Assembly (NCBI GenBank): GCA_012026655.1
Contig: JAAILG010000815.1
Coordinates: 1 to 64,000, forward strand
Direction of reading: 5' to 3'
Length of the DNA: 64,000 nucleotides
Source of the DNA: Hydrolagus affinis
Lineage: Eukaryota
The notes under the pieces were generated by a model. It saw nothing but the letters and a program-made list of their open reading frames with translations. It did no database searches and was not told the DNA's origin. The translations under genes were made by a program, and so were the position numbers. This document shows positions 63,601-64,000 of the stretch, one piece after another (position 1 is the stretch's first letter; each line of letters begins with the position of its first letter).

Positions 63601-64000
63601 CAGCTGAACTGAAATTACAGTTGTTTAATTTGTTAAGCACTTTGATTTTATTTAGTGCAGTATTTATTTTCTCCCCTTGTTGGATGGTGTTTGCTGCTAT
63701 CACATCTGTCCATCCACTTAGAAAATACCATTCTTGACTGAGAACATCTCTCTCCAGTGTCACAGTCAATACTGCTCTGTGAGCTTTTCTGAAGCAGAAA
63801 TGATGCTGCTTTTCCTCTCTTCTTTACCCCCTTCTCCGCACCTCCCCTCCATAAGTGATCTTTCGCTTACTCCACCCACTGTTCCTGTAGTCTCTTACTC
63901 AGTATTTCATTGTATGGAATAGTTTTCTCCGCACTGGGTTGCGATGTGTTCAAGTTCATTACAGTTAGTGAAAGAAAATTCAAAACCTGTATCACTTAAG

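Overview
AT-rich vertebrate genomic DNA. The repeat content (DeuSINE/SacSINE-type tRNA SINEs, L2 and CR1 LINE ends, Penelope relics) points to a cartilaginous fish, probably a chimaera/elephant-shark relative; this is inference. The only protein-coding gene I can support is exostosin-2 (EXT2) on the + strand. It has seven coding exons from 35817 to 62121 with lengths 536/90/117/196/140/94/132 nt, matching human EXT2 exons 2-8 as I recall them, and it continues beyond the window. A GC/CpG-rich patch at about 28.5-29.25 kb is the likely promoter and non-coding first exon, followed by a long complex TG/AG microsatellite. The first 28 kb has no recognisable gene, only transposon remnants and candidate conserved non-coding elements. 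I found no convincing new multi-gene system. The most interesting local signals are: an inverted pair of degenerate minimal hammerhead-ribozyme cores in a Penelope terminus; a Tigger-like MITE carrying a 435-bp internal palindrome; a SINE remodelled toward GC/CpG inside the putative promoter; a GTGAGT/UG-rich array just after the putative first donor; inverted SINE pairs around EXT2 exons; a Merlin-like transposase relic; and an LF-SINE-like relic. Repeat family names come from memory of consensus sequences and need Dfam/Repbase confirmation.
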